Shown here: positions 6,861 to 15,818 of the stretch, one piece after another
How the letters are laid out: every line of letters begins with the position of its first letter
Numbering within the stretch: position 1 is the stretch's first letter
Origin: Cyanobacteria bacterium P01_A01_bin.123
GTDB lineage: Bacteria > Cyanobacteriota > Cyanobacteriia > Phormidesmidales > Phormidesmidaceae
Assembly: GCA_039815185.1 (NCBI GenBank)
Contig: JBCBZT010000083.1
Coordinates: 1-24,029, forward strand
DNA: 24,029 nucleotides
Reading direction: 5' to 3'
Made by a program: the position numbers and the translations under genes
Notes under the pieces: model-generated
What the model was told of the DNA's origin: nothing
The model's database searches: none
Seen by the model: the letters and a program-made list of their open reading frames with translations, nothing else

Positions 6861-8318
6861 ATGCTCGACCTCACCCAACTCACTGGCAAACAGCAACAGT
6901 TCATACAGCTTTTGCAGCAGCAGCCTCAAGTCAACAGTCTGCGATCGCTGTGTCACCAGCACAAGTTTGACTTTAACTTCATCAAGGGATTTCTGCTGAG
7001 TGGCGTGTTAAATGACTACGTCCAATGGCAAGAAAATGCTAAGGAGACCTGGGGGCTGACGCCGAAGGGGAAAGATGCCAATGGGGTGATTCCTGGTTTC
7101 GCACTAGCCGAAAAGTTGCTCAGCGGGATAACTGATGTCCCCACATTGCAGGCAGACCTGGGCGATCGCTTTAGTATCAACTACGGTGCCCTCAAAAAGG
7201 CAAAAGCCGTTGATCTCAAAGCGGAAGGAAACACCAAAATCGTCACAATTCTCAACCCCAGCGTCTTAGAACAATACCGTCAGCGTCAGCAAGTCTTCAG
7301 CGCCCTTTCCCAAAACCAACCCATTACCCATTACCCCATTGCCCATCTAGACTGGCTCGAAGGCCAAGATTACATCGAATCCAAAGTTGAAACCGACTAT
7401 ACGTTGACAGTGTTGCCGGGACTGAGCGCGATCGCGATCCAACCCGTCGTCACTAACCTCACCAGCGATCTAATCTTGTCTGGCAAATGGCAACAGGTGA
7501 GCTTCAAACCCTACGACATCCATGCCCCCGCCCCTGATGTGGCCTATGGTCGCCCCACTATCTTGACCCAATGCATTCAGCACATTCGCGACATTTTCCT
7601 CAACATGGGCTTCGATGAAATGTCCGGCTACATCGTTGAATCCGCCTTTTGGAACTTCGATGCCCTGTTTACCCCTCAAGACCACCCCGCCCGCGAAGTC
7701 CAAGACACCTTCTACCTCGCCAATCCTAAAACCGTTCCTTTACCCGAGGATGAAATCCTGGTAGAACAGGTCAAACAAGTCCATGAAGCGAACTACGGCG
7801 GCGAGTGGAAAGCCTCGGAAGCCAGCCGCGCCATTTTACGGGCACACACCACAACCTCCACCGCCCGCAGGCTGAACCAAATTCAAGGCAAAAATGGCAA
7901 ATACTTTTCCATCGATAAAGTCTTCCGCAACGAAACCGTCGATCGCACTCACCTGGCCGAGTTCCATCAAATTGAAGGGGTAATTGTCGGCGAACTGCTC
8001 AGCGTCCGCACATTGATGGGGTATCTGATCTATTTTTATGAGCGGCTTGGCTTCAAAGACCTCAAGTTCAAACCCACCTACAACCCCTATACAGAACCAT
8101 CTCTGGAGGTTTTGGCCTATCACCCCCCCAGCGATCGCTACATCGAAGTCGGCAATTCTGGTCTATTTCGTCAAGAAATGCTCAAGCCCCTCGGTTGTGG
8201 TCGCAAATCGACTGTGGCTTGGGGGCTAGGGTTAGAGCGAATTGCCATGCTGCTTTACGGCGTTGAAAAATTGTCAGATTTGATTGGGCCAGACATTCGC
8301 CTTGATACTGCACCATAG
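6861..8318 (+). CDS. pheS: Phenylalanine--tRNA ligase alpha subunit, archaeal/eukaryotic-cytosolic type
   Basis: 485 aa with a long N-terminal extension; VESAFWNFDALFTPQDHPAREVQDTFY, LRAHTT, KYFSIDKVFRNETVDRTHLAEFHQIEG, KPTYNPYTEPSLEV, EVGNSGLFRQEML, AWGLGLERIAM. Confidence 0.95.
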   Translation: MLDLTQLTGKQQQFIQLLQQQPQVNSLRSLCHQHKFDFNFIKGFLLSGVLNDYVQWQENAKETWGLTPKGKDANGVIPGFALAEKLLSGITDVPTLQADLGDRFSINYGALKKAKAVDLKAEGNTKIVTILNPSVLEQYRQRQQVFSALSQNQPITHYPIAHLDWLEGQDYIESKVETDYTLTVLPGLSAIAIQPVVTNLTSDLILSGKWQQVSFKPYDIHAPAPDVAYGRPTILTQCIQHIRDIFLNMGFDEMSGYIVESAFWNFDALFTPQDHPAREVQDTFYLANPKTVPLPEDEILVEQVKQVHEANYGGEWKASEASRAILRAHTTTSTARRLNQIQGKNGKYFSIDKVFRNETVDRTHLAEFHQIEGVIVGELLSVRTLMGYLIYFYERLGFKDLKFKPTYNPYTEPSLEVLAYHPPSDRYIEVGNSGLFRQEMLKPLGCGRKSTVAWGLGLERIAMLLYGVEKLSDLIGPDIRLDTAP

Positions 8319-8335
8319 AAAGAAGGAGTAGTGCC

Positions 8336-8563
8336 ATAGCCCAAGTAAAGGTATTTTACGAGCCAGAGATGGAATTGCTCAACGTTTTTTGGCAAAGTTC
8401 ATGCCCTGACCAACTCTGTACCGAACTGGGTGATGGTGTCATTCTTATCAAAGATGTCGATAGCGGCGAACCCATTGGGATGGAACTGCTTGCCTACAAA
8501 CCTGAAGATGCCCGTTTCGACTCCGTTAGTGTATGAATTGGAACTCTTAAAGCGATTATCTAG
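8336..8563 (+). pseudogene. DUF2283-like small protein, degraded (not in ORF track)
   Basis: After an AAGGAG RBS the frame starts ATA instead of ATG: (I)AQVKVFYEPEMELLNVFWQSSCPDQLCTELGDGVILIKDVDSGEPIGMELLAY...SVSV, TGA at 8534-8536, then IGTLKAII TAG. Confidence 0.65.
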
Positions 8564-8740
8564 AAATGATGTTCTGCAAATCTATGGCCTCAGCTCCATC
8601 GACGATCTCCTCGAAAAACTCCCCTCTCCATCCTCAACCTCGAACTCGCCACCTAAGAAAAGTAAGGCGAGTCCGTTGTTGGCCTATGGAATCCTACACA
8701 ATCACACTAGATACGCTCAAACCTAACAAAGGAAAATGCT

Positions 8741-8947
8741 ATGAATACTACCGATGTCAAAGAGCAGTTACTGCAAGCAATTGATCAGACCCCCGCTCCT
8801 ATTTTGAAAGAAGTATTGGACTTTTTGCTATTCGTCAGAGCCAAAGAACTCCAGAAAGAACAACTCGAAGTCAGTTTACTAAGTGAACCCCTACTAGCTG
8901 AAGAATGGCTTACCCCTAAAGAGGACGAAGCATGGCAGCATTTGTAA
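8741..8947 (+). CDS. DUF2281-like putative antitoxin
   Basis: 68 aa, EVLDFLLF...SEPLLAEEWLTPKEDEAWQHL; overlaps the toxin start. Confidence 0.8.
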   Translation: MNTTDVKEQLLQAIDQTPAPILKEVLDFLLFVRAKELQKEQLEVSLLSEPLLAEEWLTPKEDEAWQHL

Positions 8948-9264
8948 AAGGAGATGTTGTTATTGTTCCGTTTCCATTTTCCGATCTGAGCAATGCCAAG
9001 CGTCGGCCAGCTCTCGTTATAGCAAGTTTGGGACGTCAAGATCTTATTCTTTGTATGATCACCAGTCAAAGCTCCAATGACCAGTACATAACTGCCATCT
9101 CTAATAGAGATTTTGTCTCAGGTACGCTCAACAGAGATAGCTATGTCAAAGCCAACCGCGTATTCACAGCTAACGAAAGAATCATCACTTATATAGCTGG
9201 CACCTTGGTACCTGACAAAGTTAATGAGGTAATTTCAAATTTGATTACTATTTTGCGTACTTAG
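8932..9264 (+). CDS. mazF: PemK/MazF-family toxin (RNase)
   Basis: KGDVVIVPFPFSDLSNAKRRPALVI...ILCMITS. Confidence 0.9.
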   Translation: MAAFVKGDVVIVPFPFSDLSNAKRRPALVIASLGRQDLILCMITSQSSNDQYITAISNRDFVSGTLNRDSYVKANRVFTANERIITYIAGTLVPDKVNEVISNLITILRT

Positions 9265-9396
9265 CTCAAGAGGTAATTTCATAGAATCGCATGCATGCAT
9301 CATTAATCTGCAACTCGTTGAATCACTGATACAAGTTATTAAATCCTTTTCAGCCCGTGAACAAACCTTGATGCTCTATAGTGCCCCCACTTTGCC

Positions 9397-11055
9397 ATGC
9401 CAACCGTTACCTTCCCCCTGGAATATCTCCAACAGCTAACCGCCACACCGCCTCAGCAGCTTGCTGAGCAAGCATTTGAATACGGCTTAGATGCCGCCCT
9501 GTTTGACCACACGCTGGAGGTCGAGGTCACGGCTGAGCGCCCCGATCTACTTGCGGCTGAAGGGTTTACCCGTGCGATTAATATCTATAACGGTGCGTCT
9601 CGGGAAGTGCCGGAGCAGTTAGAAGCTTCTGGACGACGGGTAACTGTGGATCCATCTGTGCAGTCCCTCCGCCCGCATATTGCTGCCCTCGTGGTAGAAA
9701 ATGCCAACCTCAAAGCAGGTGGGCTGGACGTGCTGATTCAGTTTCAAGAGAAAGTTACCCAGACCTTTGGCCGTCAGCGCAAGAAAATTGCCATCGGCGT
9801 TTACGACCTTGATCAAATTTCTGGCGATTTAGTTTACACGGCATTACCCAAAGATGACCTCAGTTTCATGCCGCTCAATGCCAGTCAATCGATGACGGCG
9901 GCGCAAATTTTGGCTGAGCATCCCGTGGGCAAGCTCTATCGCCATACCCTACCGGAGGGCACAAGGGTTCCCATACTGCAAGATGCAACGGGTCAGATCT
10001 TGTCGATGCCGCCGATTATCAATGCCGCCGGGGTAGGCGAAGTGGGGGCTAACACGCGCAGTTTGTTGATTGATGTCACTGGGATCTTGCCCCAGACCGT
10101 GTTGGACACCTTGAATATCTTGGCTCATAACTTTATTGACACTGGGGCAACGGTGAAAACGGTTGAGATTCTGATGCCCCAAGGTGCGTTGACTACGCCC
10201 GAGTTAACCCGCAAGCCAATTCAGTTTTCTGCCAAATATCTCAATGAGATTATGGGGAGCGCCATTCCCAAACATGCGTTGGGTAATTACCTATCGCGGA
10301 TGGATTTGGATGCGACCGGCACCGATATCGTGTTGATCCCCACCTATCGCACGGATATCTTTAGCGAAGTGGATATTGCCGGGGATTTGATGGTGGCTTT
10401 GGGGATCGAAAACTTGCCCCCTGATCTGACGGCGATCCAGTTTTATACCGGCGATGCCAATCCGCTGAAAACTTTTGTGTTTCGCGTGGGAGATTTGGCC
10501 CAGCGCATGGGGCTTATGGAGGTCAAAAGCTTTGTGCTCACCGATCCGGATTTGTTGGCACTATTTTCTAACCCCGCAATCCAAACGGGTAATGCGAAAA
10601 GCCGCACCTACAGTGCTACCCGCACGACGCTGCAAGCTGGGTTGCTTGATATTTTGTCGCGCAATATTAATGCACCCAAACCGATCAACATTTACGAAAC
10701 GGGAGAAGTACTGCGTATTAATGCCTCAAAGGTGATTGAGGAAACCTGCTGCTGGGGCTTTGCTAGCTTAGACGCGCGGGCTTCATTTACCTGGGCAAAA
10801 TCCTATGTGCAAACGCTGCTGAAAGCCCTCAACATCGACTACACGCTGATCCCCTGTGAGGCACAGCACCATATTGTGGGACGGGCAGCTACGGTGATAA
10901 TTGACGGTAAAGCCGCTGGCCAATTTGGCGAAATTGATCCCACCGTGCTGCATCACTTCTCGTTTCCAGAACCCGTCTGCGCTGGGGAGTTGGATTGTGG
11001 TGTGCTGATGTCTTACGCTTCACCAGTGGCGTTGCCAGAATCTCACGTGGGTTAA
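9397..11055 (+). CDS. pheT: Phenylalanine--tRNA ligase beta subunit, archaeal/eukaryotic type (short; no B2/B8 domains evident)
   Basis: 552 aa; MPTV start, EVTAERPDLLAAEG, QEKVTQTFGRQRKKIAIGVYDLD, ILSMPPIIN, LLIDVTG, PTYRTDIFSEVDIAGD, GQFGEIDPTVLHHF. Confidence 0.93.
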   Translation: MPTVTFPLEYLQQLTATPPQQLAEQAFEYGLDAALFDHTLEVEVTAERPDLLAAEGFTRAINIYNGASREVPEQLEASGRRVTVDPSVQSLRPHIAALVVENANLKAGGLDVLIQFQEKVTQTFGRQRKKIAIGVYDLDQISGDLVYTALPKDDLSFMPLNASQSMTAAQILAEHPVGKLYRHTLPEGTRVPILQDATGQILSMPPIINAAGVGEVGANTRSLLIDVTGILPQTVLDTLNILAHNFIDTGATVKTVEILMPQGALTTPELTRKPIQFSAKYLNEIMGSAIPKHALGNYLSRMDLDATGTDIVLIPTYRTDIFSEVDIAGDLMVALGIENLPPDLTAIQFYTGDANPLKTFVFRVGDLAQRMGLMEVKSFVLTDPDLLALFSNPAIQTGNAKSRTYSATRTTLQAGLLDILSRNINAPKPINIYETGEVLRINASKVIEETCCWGFASLDARASFTWAKSYVQTLLKALNIDYTLIPCEAQHHIVGRAATVIIDGKAAGQFGEIDPTVLHHFSFPEPVCAGELDCGVLMSYASPVALPESHVG

Positions 11056-11086
11056 GGTTGATGGTTTAACCCACAGAAATAAAGCG

Positions 11087-11563
11087 ATGACTCCGCCGCA
11101 AATTACGTTCCGGCTCGCTGACGGTTCAGATGTGCCAGCATTGGCCCAGCTCTTTAAAGAAACGGTATTGGCGATCGCGCCCCAGAAATACTCCCCAGAA
11201 CAAACCCAAGCCTGGGCTGCTTTTGCCGCCGCTGGCGATCCCTTTCACCGATTTATTGTTGAGGCCATAACCTACGTGGCCGAAGATAATACAGGCATTG
11301 CTGGATTTGCGGGGATTGCTTCGGATGGCCACGTTACGGCAACCTATGTTCGACACGATCGCATCCGTCAAGGCATTGGTTCCCAACTCATGCATCATAT
11401 TTTTGAGTACGCCAAAAAGCACCACATCCAACGCCTATACTCAGAAGCCAGTGAATTTAGTTTGGGACTGTTTAAAAAATTTGGCTTTCAGCAATACGAC
11501 ACCGAGGTTGTCGAACGCCATGGGGTCACCTTTACCCGCTATCTAATGGAATATTATCTGTAA
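11087..11563 (+). CDS. GNAT N-acetyltransferase (YafP-like)
   Basis: YSPEQTQAWA...IAGFAG...GHVTATYV...RQGIGSQL...EASEFSLGLFKKFGF; starts 31 bp after the pheT stop. Confidence 0.9.
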   Translation: MTPPQITFRLADGSDVPALAQLFKETVLAIAPQKYSPEQTQAWAAFAAAGDPFHRFIVEAITYVAEDNTGIAGFAGIASDGHVTATYVRHDRIRQGIGSQLMHHIFEYAKKHHIQRLYSEASEFSLGLFKKFGFQQYDTEVVERHGVTFTRYLMEYYL

Positions 11564-11565
11564 GG

Positions 11566-11597
11566 CAAACGGGCGATCCTGCGGGATCGCCCGTTTG
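11566..11597. terminator. Hairpin between convergent genes, probable bidirectional terminator
   Basis: Perfect 14-bp stem CAAACGGGCGATCC/GGATCGCCCGTTTG, loop TGCG. Confidence 0.75.
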
Positions 11598-11621
11598 AAT
11601 AATCATGATTGAGACGTTGAC

Positions 11622-13118
11622 TTACAACAGCGCATCGCCACGACGGTAAAGCTCACGGGCATAGTCTGTCCAAGCCCCCTGACCCCAGTAGCGGAAGCAG
11701 CTTGTTTCCACCAGCAACACATACAGGAGTGCTTCTTGATATTCCCGCGTTTGGGTAACGTTGGGATCTGCCTGTACCGCCCGATCAAACTTGGCGTGGA
11801 ACTTGGCGCTGAGCTGATTCATGGGCTCCAGCACGTTGTCGTAGCCGCTGACCCAGCTGAGGTCATTGGTCCACGAGGCCCCATCCATAGAAAACTGATG
11901 GTCGGTTTGCTTCAGATCTGCGATCGCGGCCTCTACCGCCTCCGGTGTGGCTTGTTCCGGAGTTACCTTGGCCCAAATCTTGTGTTGGTGAACCGCTTGG
12001 CAGGTGGGATAGTCTTCGGGGCTAACGCCAGCCGCTTCAATCAACTCTAGATATTCAGTCCCGTTGAGACCGACTACCCCCTCAGCACCGCGACCATTTT
12101 GCTGAATGTCATCCCACACGGGCATAAACCCACGGGGAAATTCATTCATCATCACGCCGCCATTTTCACCGTCGGCAATTTGGGTCACACAGGACGGGAT
12201 CACTTTGCCGTTGCCAATTTCCTGACGTCCGCGCCCCAGGGCTTCATGGTATGGCTGCATTTGAGCCACCAGCTTAGTGTCTGATCCCTGGGTTTTGATC
12301 AGGGCGGTAATAGTGACCGTTTCCCCACGGGAGTTTCGAGCCATCAGGGTATTGGGGACATACTTGTGTTCGTGCCAAATACCAGAACCGTCGAGACGCT
12401 CCACGGAATGTTCTTGTACCATCAGCCACTTATAGCCGCAGTCTTTGAGCGCCTTGATGTACTCATACAAGGTGTCGGGGTGGTTGGGCAGGTGCATTTC
12501 CGGGGGTGAAAAACCCTTGACCCGCTTCAATGCATCGTAGCCAAATAAGGCGGCGAAGTAATGCTGCCAAGCTTGGATGTGCAGCTTAATATCAGGAATC
12601 GGGGTAGAGGGAACTACAGCGTGACTCCACATTGTGCCCAGCCATTCGACATAGGGTTGATATTGGCGATCGCAGGTGATTTTCTTCAAATTGTCTAAGA
12701 TATCGCTGCGACCCATTTGGCGCAGACCCCACAGCAAATTGCCAGAATAATCCAGCATAATGCGGGGATTGCCGCCTTTGGCCACGATCTCAGGGATGAA
12801 GTCACCCATGCGGCTGTAGCACCAGGCAAATACCCCTGCATTATGGTTGTCGCCATCGTGGGGATGCTCAAACATGTGCTGCAAGTTGCAAATGTTTTCG
12901 CCATTACTGCCAGCGGGGATCGTCGGCTGGTGCATGTGTAGGGCACAGGCAAACCCGGCTGTAATCTGGTTGAGGTTGAGATTAGAGTCGTTCAGAAAGA
13001 CGGGATCGTTGTGATTTGTCACCGATGCGATCGCGGCTTCTGCACCACAGATCATCGGTAAGCCAGATTGAATTTCCTCCAGTTGCGGTAACTGATCATG
13101 GAACGCGGTTGCAACCAT
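11622..13118 (-). CDS. Glycoside hydrolase family 57 protein
   Basis: ALHMHQP, LDYSGNLL, GFSPPEMHLP, IADGENGG, ETSCFRYWG motifs. Confidence 0.9.
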   Translation of the reverse strand: MVATAFHDQLPQLEEIQSGLPMICGAEAAIASVTNHNDPVFLNDSNLNLNQITAGFACALHMHQPTIPAGSNGENICNLQHMFEHPHDGDNHNAGVFAWCYSRMGDFIPEIVAKGGNPRIMLDYSGNLLWGLRQMGRSDILDNLKKITCDRQYQPYVEWLGTMWSHAVVPSTPIPDIKLHIQAWQHYFAALFGYDALKRVKGFSPPEMHLPNHPDTLYEYIKALKDCGYKWLMVQEHSVERLDGSGIWHEHKYVPNTLMARNSRGETVTITALIKTQGSDTKLVAQMQPYHEALGRGRQEIGNGKVIPSCVTQIADGENGGVMMNEFPRGFMPVWDDIQQNGRGAEGVVGLNGTEYLELIEAAGVSPEDYPTCQAVHQHKIWAKVTPEQATPEAVEAAIADLKQTDHQFSMDGASWTNDLSWVSGYDNVLEPMNQLSAKFHAKFDRAVQADPNVTQTREYQEALLYVLLVETSCFRYWGQGAWTDYARELYRRGDALL

Positions 13119-13390
13119 AGGTTTTCCTTGTTGTCTTAATTATTGTGCTGATTCGAAATTGCCCAGCTCCAGAGCAAATCGGCTATTGCGTCTCGGTTGT
13201 TACAAGCTTCTATCATCATCGCCTTTCAGCATGGGCACACCTCTTACGGGGCATTTAATCCTCTCTAGCCAAGGCATCATGTCAGATGATAACGCAGGTA
13301 ATAAGTGAAGTAAGCTAAAGCTCTGCTAAGCAATGTCAACACCAGTAATGTCGTGGGATGACAACCTTAGTGCGGCAACCGTAACCCAGC

Positions 13391-13415
13391 AAAAAGCGCT
13401 CTGAAGAGAGCGCTT
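13391..13415 (-). terminator. Rho-independent terminator of ndhCKJ
   Basis: Stem AAGCGCTCT/AGAGCGCTT with a 4-nt loop and a T-run on the minus strand, about 40 bp after the ndhJ stop. Confidence 0.7.
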
Positions 13416-13454
13416 GGGATTCGACAAACATCTACGTACTAGACTCAACAGATT

Positions 13455-13979
13455 CTAATAAGCATCTTGCAGCTCATAGAAATCAGGAGAGATATAGTCC
13501 TTGCGGAGGGGCCAGCCCATCCAGTCTTCAGGCATCAACAAGCGCTTGAGATTGGGATGACCTTCATAGACAATGCCGTACATGTCATAGCTTTCTCGCT
13601 CTTGCCAGTCGGCAGCCTTCCAGATCCAGTAGACCGAAGGGATTTTAGGATTATCTCGCGGCAAAAATACCTTGACTCGAATCTCTTCAGGGCAATCAGC
13701 ATTGTCATCCAATTTAACCAAATGGTAGAAGCTGACGAGGTCTTCCCCCGGCCCGCTGTCATACGCCCCTTGGCACTGGAGATAGTTGAACCCGTAGGCG
13801 TACAACGCCGTGCAAAACGGAATCAAGAAAGCAGGGTCAACCTTAACAACTTCAATCCCTAAATGATCTGGCTCTAAAACATCATGGCCAAATCCTTGCT
13901 CGGTTAACCACTTAGAAACCTTACCAGCTTCAACAATAGAGCCCTCTTGCTCAGGTGCTTTGTTTTCTGGGTCAGCCAT
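13455..13979 (-). CDS. ndhJ: NAD(P)H-quinone oxidoreductase subunit J
   Basis: [13 protein letters not shown]...[12 protein letters not shown]...[15 protein letters not shown]; operon context. Confidence 0.97.
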   Translation of the reverse strand: MADPENKAPEQEGSIVEAGKVSKWLTEQGFGHDVLEPDHLGIEVVKVDPAFLIPFCTALYAYGFNYLQCQGAYDSGPGEDLVSFYHLVKLDDNADCPEEIRVKVFLPRDNPKIPSVYWIWKAADWQERESYDMYGIVYEGHPNLKRLLMPEDWMGWPLRKDYISPDFYELQDAY

Positions 13980-14709
13980 TTTCCACCTCTGATTTCTCAG
14001 CTTCGCTCAAAGCAGGCGAAACAGGTAGCCCCATTGCCTCCATTAACTCCTTTGGAGGTGCTTCACGCGTACCAGAACGTAGATATTGTCCCGTCAGAAT
14101 AGGAGACGTTGGCTTCATTTTGTGAGTCGTCGTGTAGAAGCGGTGGGCTTGGCTCTGATAACTCCGCTCTTGAATCGACTCATTGGCAATCTTTTTGCGC
14201 AGCTTGATAATGGCGTCAATGATTGCTTCAGGACGAGGTGGGCAGCCTGGAATGTAAACATCAACTGGAATCAGCTTATCCACACCGCGTACTGCCGATG
14301 GGGAATCTACACTGAACATGCCGCCAGTAATAGTGCAAGCACCCATGGCAATGACATATTTGGGGTCAGGCATCTGCTCGTAGAGCCGCACCAGTGCAGG
14401 TGCCATCTTCATAGTGACGGTACCTGCCGTGATAATCAAATCTGCCTGTCGCGGGCTAGAGCGAGGCAGCAACCCAAACCGATCAAAGTCAAACCGAGAG
14501 CCAATTAGCGCCGCAAACTCAATAAAACAGCAAGCTGTGCCATACAAAAGTGGGAACAAACTAGAAAGACGAGTCCAGTTATATAGATCGTCTACCGTCG
14601 TCAGAATCACATTCTCTGACAAATCTTGAGTCACCGTCGGCTGTCCAGCCGGATTCTCAATCCGCTCATTGGGGTTGAGTAGAGGACTCCCCGTGGGTTT
14701 CATGACCAT
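13972..14709 (-). CDS. ndhK: NAD(P)H-quinone oxidoreductase subunit K
   Basis: [27 protein letters not shown]; start placed at ATG 14709, overlapping the ndhC end. Confidence 0.97.
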   Translation of the reverse strand: MVMKPTGSPLLNPNERIENPAGQPTVTQDLSENVILTTVDDLYNWTRLSSLFPLLYGTACCFIEFAALIGSRFDFDRFGLLPRSSPRQADLIITAGTVTMKMAPALVRLYEQMPDPKYVIAMGACTITGGMFSVDSPSAVRGVDKLIPVDVYIPGCPPRPEAIIDAIIKLRKKIANESIQERSYQSQAHRFYTTTHKMKPTSPILTGQYLRSGTREAPPKELMEAMGLPVSPALSEAEKSEVENG

Positions 14710-15062
14710 TCCAATGCTCCTTTGCGCCAAGCGTAGACGAGACCAATCACCAGAATTGCGATAAAGATCAGCGCTTCTATGAACGCTAACAATCCTAGTC
14801 TGCTAAAAGCCACTGCCCAGGGGTAGAGAAAGACAGTCTCAACGTCAAATATCACAAATACCAGGGCAAACATGTAGTAGCGAATGTTGAACTGAATCCA
14901 GGCTCCTCCGATCGGCTCCATACCCGATTCGTAGGTTGTACGCCTAACAGGACCCCGCCCCGCTGGGCGCAAGAATTTGGCAGCAGTCAGCGCCAGGATC
15001 GGAACCAAGCTACTGATAATCAAAAAGCCTAAAAAATACTCGTAGCCGCTTAAAACAAACAC
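14700..15062 (-). CDS. ndhC: NAD(P)H-quinone oxidoreductase subunit 3
   Basis: [10 protein letters not shown]...YESGMEPIG...[12 protein letters not shown]...[11 protein letters not shown] start. Confidence 0.97.
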   Translation of the reverse strand: MFVLSGYEYFLGFLIISSLVPILALTAAKFLRPAGRGPVRRTTYESGMEPIGGAWIQFNIRYYMFALVFVIFDVETVFLYPWAVAFSRLGLLAFIEALIFIAILVIGLVYAWRKGALEWS

Positions 15063-15319
15063 AGCATCAAATCTCTGTAGTCACTAAGTTATGTTACCTG
15101 CTCTCCTATATTCTAATGGCATTTGTTGGCGTTATCCGGCGAATTGCTAGCCTGCTCAGGAGATCGAAGACCTTGAGTCGAACCTTGCAATTGAGTCATC
15201 GGTCGGGACGCAGAAAGGGTGACCGCAATATGTCATAATCTTTAACAGTATTCTCATGAAGCTGTTGCTGCATGACCTTACAGTCTGCGCGTTAATGATT
15301 AGTGTGAGTTTTGTCATCA

Positions 15320-15751
15320 ATGAGTACTGAGCCAAAAGCGCAGCCAGCCCCCAACGATTTAGCTGGTAGTGACGCATCTCCAGACCCTGCGCCTGGGAGC
15401 ACTACTAATATTGAGCCTGAGCCTGAGGCGCTGACCCCTGTTGAGATGGATCAGTACGAGTGTCGTGCCTGTGGGTATTCATATGAGCCGACAAAGGGAG
15501 ACAGTCAGGGAAATATTCTTCCAGGGGTCGAGTTTACTCAGCTCCCTACATCATGGCGTTGCCCTGTTTGTGGTGCTCCAAAGAACCAATTTAGCAACAT
15601 TGGGCCGGTGGGCAAAGCGTCTGGTTTCAAAGAAAATCTGGGCTATGGGTTAGGTGTCAACACCTTAACGCCAGGTCAGAAAAACATCTTGATTTTTGGC
15701 TCCCTTGCGCTGGCCTTCTTGTTCTTTCTTAGTCTATATGGGTTGAGATAG
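15320..15751 (+). CDS. rubA: Membrane-anchored rubredoxin
   Basis: ECRACGY...WRCPVCG, C-terminal TM helix; located upstream of ycf48. Confidence 0.93.
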   Translation: MSTEPKAQPAPNDLAGSDASPDPAPGSTTNIEPEPEALTPVEMDQYECRACGYSYEPTKGDSQGNILPGVEFTQLPTSWRCPVCGAPKNQFSNIGPVGKASGFKENLGYGLGVNTLTPGQKNILIFGSLALAFLFFLSLYGLR

Positions 15752-15818
15752 CTCCAGGCGATTGAACCCTGAGCTGTTTAGCTTTTGTTTCTGTGTCATT
15801 TAATTTTTATCCCCTCTT

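Noticed and set aside
6861..8318. SepRS, PylRS or mitochondrial-type monomeric PheRS
   Set aside because: Motifs are PheRS-alpha specific, a cognate beta subunit is present, and there is no fused anticodon-binding domain
8430..8784. 98-aa and 72-aa ORFs between pheS and the TA pair
   Set aside because: Low-complexity frames; the 98-aa ORF overlaps the DUF2283-like pseudogene out of frame, and no family is recognisable
13972..14730. ndhK start at 14730 given by the ORF track
   Set aside because: It lies deep inside ndhC; the ATG at 14709 (or 14703) fits the usual short overlap
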